Shown here in pieces: positions 59,934 to 64,000 of a DNA stretch of 64,000 nucleotides; within the stretch, counting starts at the first letter, position 1; the number at the start of each line of letters is the position of its first letter. The notes beneath the pieces are model-generated. The model saw nothing but the letters and a program-made list of their open reading frames with translations. It did not search any database and had not been told where the DNA came from. The stretch is from NCBI GenBank assembly GCA_964372395.1, contig CAYJQV010000004.1, positions 2,984 through 66,983 of the forward strand. Direction: 5' to 3'. The position numbers and the translations under genes were made by a program. The DNA is from an uncultured Planctomycetia bacterium (GTDB lineage: Bacteria > Omnitrophota > Gorgyraeia > 1-14-0-20-64-10).

Positions 59934-61193
59934 ATGACCCGGCCGATCGGCCTCAAGCGGGGTTTACGCACCCCTTTCGTCAAGATGGGCAGGGAATTCG
60001 CCCGCCTGAATGCGGTGGATCTTTCCGTCCGCCTGGTGAACGCCCTGCTGGAGAAGCAGGTGGTTCCTCCGGAGCTCATCCAGCATCTCATCTGGGGGAT
60101 GGTGGTGCCGGACCCCAACATCTATTCGATCGCGCGCGAGGCGGTCCTCGGCTCGCGGCTCGACAACCGGGTGGAGGCGTACAGCATCTCCAGGGCCTGC
60201 GCCACCTCCCTGCAGGCCGCGGCCAACGCGGCTTCCTATTACCAGGCCTTTCCCGATGAGGGGAGCGTCGCCCTCGTGGGCGGGGTCGAATCGTTCTCCG
60301 CCAGCCGGCCGGTCCTCACGGACCGGGCCGCCGCCTTCTTCAAAACCCTGGCGAGCAAGGCGCCTATCGGTGCAAAGCTCCGGGCCTTCCTTGCCACACC
60401 GCCCGGGGCCTGGTGGCCCGTGGCCCCCTCCGCGAAGGAGTACTCCACGGGGCTGACCATGGGGGAGCACTGCGAGCTCATGGTGAAGGCCTTTGGCATC
60501 GCCCGGGAGCGCCAGGACCGGTTCGCCCTTGCCTCCCACCGGAATGCCGCCGCCGCCCGCGCGAAGATCGCCCCGCAGCTTGTTCCGGTGGACGGGGTGA
60601 ACCGGGACACGCTCATCCGGGAGCAGACCTCGATGGAGGCGCTGGGAGCGCTGCCGCCGGCCTTCGACCGATCCCCGGCCGGGACGATCACCGCGGGCAA
60701 CGCGAGCCCATTCACCGACGGAGCGGCCGCCCTTTTCGTGATCTCCCCCGCGCTGGAGGGCAGGGTCAAGCCCGACGCGGTCCTGCTGGATTTTGAATTC
60801 GTCGCCGTGGAGCCCAAGGAGGGATTGCTCATGGGGCCGGGGAAGGCGATGCTGAGGATCCTGAAGCGGCGGAATTTGCGGTGGAGCGATCTGGATTATC
60901 TGGAGATGCACGAGGCGTTCGCCGGCCAGGTCCTGTGCAATGTGGATGCGGTGAACAACCTCCGTCACCGGAGGGAGAGTTACGGGGTCGATTACGACGC
61001 TGGGATCCTGGATGAGGCCCGGCTCAACCCCTGGGGATCCTCCATCGCCTACGGGCATCCCTTCGGCGCCACGGGTGCCCGCATGCTCAGCCAGGCGATC
61101 GCCTATCTGCACGACACGAACAGCCGGCGCGCTCTTCTGGGGATCTGCACCGCCGGCGGCCTGGCCGGGTCGGCCCTCGTCGAGCGCCGCTGA
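59934..61193 (+). CDS. acetyl-CoA C-acyltransferase (thiolase)
   Basis: ...RACATSLQA... active-site Cys and the C-terminal ...GHPFGATGAR...GLAGSALVERR typical of thiolases. Confidence 0.85.
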   Translation: MTRPIGLKRGLRTPFVKMGREFARLNAVDLSVRLVNALLEKQVVPPELIQHLIWGMVVPDPNIYSIAREAVLGSRLDNRVEAYSISRACATSLQAAANAASYYQAFPDEGSVALVGGVESFSASRPVLTDRAAAFFKTLASKAPIGAKLRAFLATPPGAWWPVAPSAKEYSTGLTMGEHCELMVKAFGIARERQDRFALASHRNAAAARAKIAPQLVPVDGVNRDTLIREQTSMEALGALPPAFDRSPAGTITAGNASPFTDGAAALFVISPALEGRVKPDAVLLDFEFVAVEPKEGLLMGPGKAMLRILKRRNLRWSDLDYLEMHEAFAGQVLCNVDAVNNLRHRRESYGVDYDAGILDEARLNPWGSSIAYGHPFGATGARMLSQAIAYLHDTNSRRALLGICTAGGLAGSALVERR

Positions 61194-61276
61194 AGGAAAA
61201 CGTCTTTGCGAGGAGCGATAGCGACGAAGCAATCTGGTTTTGAAAGCAGGATTGCTTCGCCCCTCCGGGGCTCGCA

Positions 61277-61654
61277 ATGACGGCAGTGAAGTTTCTCTCC
61301 CTATGGCTACCCGTGGCCGGTTACACCGCCCTCATCTTCTGGGTCTCTTCCGTCTACCGGCCGGTTCCCGGGATCGAGCTCTTTGCCCAGATGGACAAGC
61401 TCTGGCACCTGGCCGAATACGCTCCGCTGGGCTGCTTTGTGCTGCGGGCGATCACCCGCTCCTTCCGTTCCATCGGGATGGCCCGCGCCTGGATGGCCGG
61501 CGGGGCATACGCCCTTGTCGTCGGGGTTCTGGATGAGTTTTACCAGTCCTTCGTCCCGATGAAGAATCCCAGCGGGTTCGATCTTCTCTTTGACCTGGCC
61601 GGGGCGCTCCTCGGCCAGTGGCTCTACGGCAGGAGGGTGGCCAAGACCCCGTAG
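61277..61654 (+). CDS. VanZ-family membrane protein (second copy in window)
   Basis: ...LDEFYQSFVPMKNPSGFDLLFDLAGALLG... Confidence 0.65.
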   Translation: MTAVKFLSLWLPVAGYTALIFWVSSVYRPVPGIELFAQMDKLWHLAEYAPLGCFVLRAITRSFRSIGMARAWMAGGAYALVVGVLDEFYQSFVPMKNPSGFDLLFDLAGALLGQWLYGRRVAKTP

Positions 61655-62385
61655 TGGTCGGAAGGGTGGCCCCCGGCGGCGGACGGCTGCCGGCAGGCCA
61701 CCTCGCACTGCACCGGCTTGAAGGGGCCCGCAGGATCCTGCCGGAGAAACAGGAAGTCGATGCGCCGATCCGGAAAGCGGACCGCATGCGACTGAATGTA
61801 CGGATTGGCGTTGTCCCACGTGATCCCGGCCTCGTTTGGATGGAGCTGCCCGAAGAGGTCGGTGAATCCGCCCTCCCGGATCCGGGCGATCGGCGCCTGA
61901 TCCGGTGCCGCGTTGAAATCGCCCGCCAGGAGAACCGTCGGCTTCAGGGAGGCCCCGCGATGCGGGACTCTCCCGGACAGAAACGAAAGGGAGGCCCCCC
62001 AGTACAGGAGTTGCTCCACCTGCGCCAGGCGAGTCGGCTCATCCTCCGCCCTCCATGCCAGATGAGTATTGCCGAGCCAGAGCGGGCCGGCGGCGCAGGA
62101 CAGCTCAGCCAGGAACAGCTGCCTGCGGTACGGCTCCAGCGGGGAGACGGCCGAGTAGGTGAAGGTTCTCGACGAGCTCACCGGGAACCGGCTTAAGATC
62201 GCCAGGCCTGCCTGCGGCGCATGCAGGCGGACCGGATAATTGGCAAAGGCCTCCAGGAGGGCGGGGTCGGTGACCTCCTGGAGGCAGGCGACGTCCGGGG
62301 CGAGATCCAGGATGGCCTGCACGAGCACGGACCGGCGCTCGGTCGGCCCGTTCTTTCCCCAGGTGTTGAGGGTGAGGATCTTCAT
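61624..62385 (-). CDS. endonuclease/exonuclease/phosphatase (EEP) family protein
   Basis: MKILTLNTWG...CLQEV...LLAGDFNA...SDHYGV are EEP motifs. The remainder of the 732-aa minus-strand ORF is an artefact opposite a plus-strand gene. Confidence 0.75.
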   Translation of the reverse strand: MKILTLNTWGKNGPTERRSVLVQAILDLAPDVACLQEVTDPALLEAFANYPVRLHAPQAGLAILSRFPVSSSRTFTYSAVSPLEPYRRQLFLAELSCAAGPLWLGNTHLAWRAEDEPTRLAQVEQLLYWGASLSFLSGRVPHRGASLKPTVLLAGDFNAAPDQAPIARIREGGFTDLFGQLHPNEAGITWDNANPYIQSHAVRFPDRRIDFLFLRQDPAGPFKPVQCEVACRQPSAAGGHPSDHYGVLATLLP

Positions 62386-62448
62386 CGCACCGGTCCTTTC
62401 GCCTTCGTCGTGGCCGATGATACCATATGCTCGATGGAGCCAAACCCG

Positions 62449-64000
62449 TTGCCGCAGCCGTGGAGATTCCCCGTTGCTGCGCTGATGGTCGCGCTCGCAG
62501 CTCTTGCGACCTCCTGCGGGCGCGCGGCGGATCCCCCCCAGCGCGTGTTGGGTCAGATCCGCTCCATGATCCACGGGGAATCGTTCCGGGAGGCCGCCTC
62601 GGAGGCCCGGGCCGCGCTGAAGCGGTACCCCAAGTCCGTCCGTCTGCAGCTTCTGCTGGCGAAGGCGGAGATGGGGCTGGGTCGCTTTGACGAAGCGGTG
62701 AAGGCCTTGGAGCCGGCGGCCCAGGCCGGCTGGGGAGGCGTGGAGCTCAACGGCACGCTCGGCCTGGCCCATTTCCGGCTTGGGCACTTTGAAAAGGCGA
62801 ATGCCTTCCTGGAGAAGGCCGAGGCGGCAGGCGCGCTCAGCGCCGGGTTCAGGAAGAAGCTTGGCTACGCCCGGTACTACCTGCGCGACGGGCGCGGAGC
62901 GATCGAAACCTTTCAGGCGCTGGCTGAGGCCGATCCGAAGGACGTAGAGACGCAGCTGGCGCTGGATGCGCTGATGAACCTCACCGGTCAGTGGCCGGCG
63001 GCCTGGATGGTCTGGTATCCGGAACCGTCTGGCGGCCTGCAGATCGCCTACCCGGGTGGTTGGGAGCGGCAGAGGAAGGAGTTCCTGACCGAGGCGGGGA
63101 AGCTCACATTCGTCTTCTGCTCTGGCAAGGTGTTCGAGCGGGAGGAACGCTTCCATCTGGGAGGGATTCTGTTTCTTTCCGTCTACCAGAACGCCTCCAA
63201 GGGGCCGCTGCCCAAGGTCCTGAAGGGACCTTACCGGCGCGGGGAGAAGGTCTTTGGAGAAGACGGGAGGGTCACCTACCACGCCACCTCCCCCACTGCG
63301 GAGCCGAGGTATGCAGCCGTCCCAAGGGAGCCGGGAGAGTTTGCCCGGTTCATGAGCCAGCAGACCCTGCGCGATATACTGGATGTCTGGGGCTTTTCCC
63401 TCAGGGACGCCGATTTGCATCCCTGGACCGGCAGGCGGGGCAACGCCTCGTACTGTGTCGGGGAGGTGATCGCGGAGGATCGGCAGGGCCGCCGGCTGTT
63501 TGGCCGGAGTCTCGGCTTCTACGACTCGTTCAACGACACCTACGGGGCCCTCCAGATCTACGGCCCGGATTGGGACGAGGAGAAGGTCCGGCAGATGTCC
63601 GAGGCGATCTTCCACCTGGCCCTCTTCGGCGGGGTGGTGGGGATTCCTCCCCTGCCGGAGGGGATGGTCTCCGTGGAGGAGTACCAATCCCGGATCCTGG
63701 GATTCCTGGAGAAGGGGGAGGCCGACCGGGCGCTCACCGAGGCGAAACGGGCTTTGACCGCCCATCCGCAGGTTTCCCAGCTTTACGTCCTTCTGGGCCG
63801 GGCCCATGAGGCACTTTGGCATCCTGAGGAGGCGGCGGCTGCGTATGAGAAGGCGCGCGAGCTGGGGACCCTCGACTTTGAGTCAGAGCTTGCCCTGGGC
63901 GGCCTGCGGTTGGGCCTGGGAGAGCTGGATGGGGCGAGGATCGCCTACACCCGGTCCCTCTCACTCAAGCCGTCCCATCCGGCCGCCCTCATCGGCCTGG
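62449..64000 (+). CDS. TPR-repeat lipoprotein (3' end beyond window)
   Basis: Open frame with no stop to the window end. TTG/ATG start. Lipobox LATSC. TPR-like repeats at both ends and a central domain of unknown function. Not in the ORF track because it has no stop codon in the window. Confidence 0.6.
   Translation, partial: MPQPWRFPVAALMVALAALATSCGRAADPPQRVLGQIRSMIHGESFREAASEARAALKRYPKSVRLQLLLAKAEMGLGRFDEAVKALEPAAQAGWGGVELNGTLGLAHFRLGHFEKANAFLEKAEAAGALSAGFRKKLGYARYYLRDGRGAIETFQALAEADPKDVETQLALDALMNLTGQWPAAWMVWYPEPSGGLQIAYPGGWERQRKEFLTEAGKLTFVFCSGKVFEREERFHLGGILFLSVYQNASKGPLPKVLKGPYRRGEKVFGEDGRVTYHATSPTAEPRYAAVPREPGEFARFMSQQTLRDILDVWGFSLRDADLHPWTGRRGNASYCVGEVIAEDRQGRRLFGRSLGFYDSFNDTYGALQIYGPDWDEEKVRQMSEAIFHLALFGGVVGIPPLPEGMVSVEEYQSRILGFLEKGEADRALTEAKRALTAHPQVSQLYVLLGRAHEALWHPEEAAAAYEKARELGTLDFESELALGGLRLGLGELDGARIAYTRSLSLKPSHPAALIGL

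Noticed and set aside
62427-62690. 87-aa ORF MLDGAKPVAAAVEIP...
   Set aside because: A different frame of the same region encodes the signal peptide and TPR repeats of a long open lipoprotein gene, so the short ORF is an overlapping artefact.
61624-63822. 732-aa minus-strand ORF
   Set aside because: Only the C-terminal 253 aa (61624-62385) is an EEP-family protein. The rest lies antisense to a clearly coding plus-strand TPR lipoprotein gene that has no stop in the window.

Overview
High-GC (~67%) bacterial chromosomal segment, gene-dense (about 75 protein-coding genes), with no rRNA, tRNA, CRISPR array, transposase or integrase detected. The gene content (exosortase-associated TIGR04073 protein, LemA/DUF2207, ECF sigma module, periplasm-directed proteins) suggests an Acidobacteriota-like Gram-negative bacterium, but this is unverified. 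Main content: (1) a haem biosynthesis block with a fused hemD-hemE gene, hemY and hemH, interrupted by a relBE toxin-antitoxin pair; (2) purC/purE, cspA and arfB; (3) a long minus-strand aa3-type cytochrome c oxidase operon (dihaem cytochrome c, cupredoxin, CoxII, CoxI, fused CtaA-CtaB, CoxIII, CoxIV, SCO, DUF420) plus metF; (4) a murein-peptide recycling trio (NlpC/P60, dipeptide epimerase, M15 peptidase); (5) acetyl-CoA synthetase interrupted by a canonical full-size LAGLIDADG intein; (6) an orphan reverse transcriptase translationally coupled to a Zn-ribbon protein, with a perfect 11-bp hairpin at the gene junction, likely a defence-type RT module; (7) a methyltransferase-rich cluster ending in a radical-SAM (ArsS-like) / ArsM arsenite-methyltransferase fusion protein; (8) vapBC and relBE toxin-antitoxin pairs and an XRE/nucleotidyltransferase pair; (9) a dispersed palindromic repeat family (GGGGTCAGACCC / GGGTCTGACCCC) found at five loci, twice as in-frame insertions inside coding sequences, once supplying the stop and start codons at a gene junction, and once as an intrinsic terminator. 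Many listed ORFs in the six-frame track are GC-frame artefacts and were ignored.
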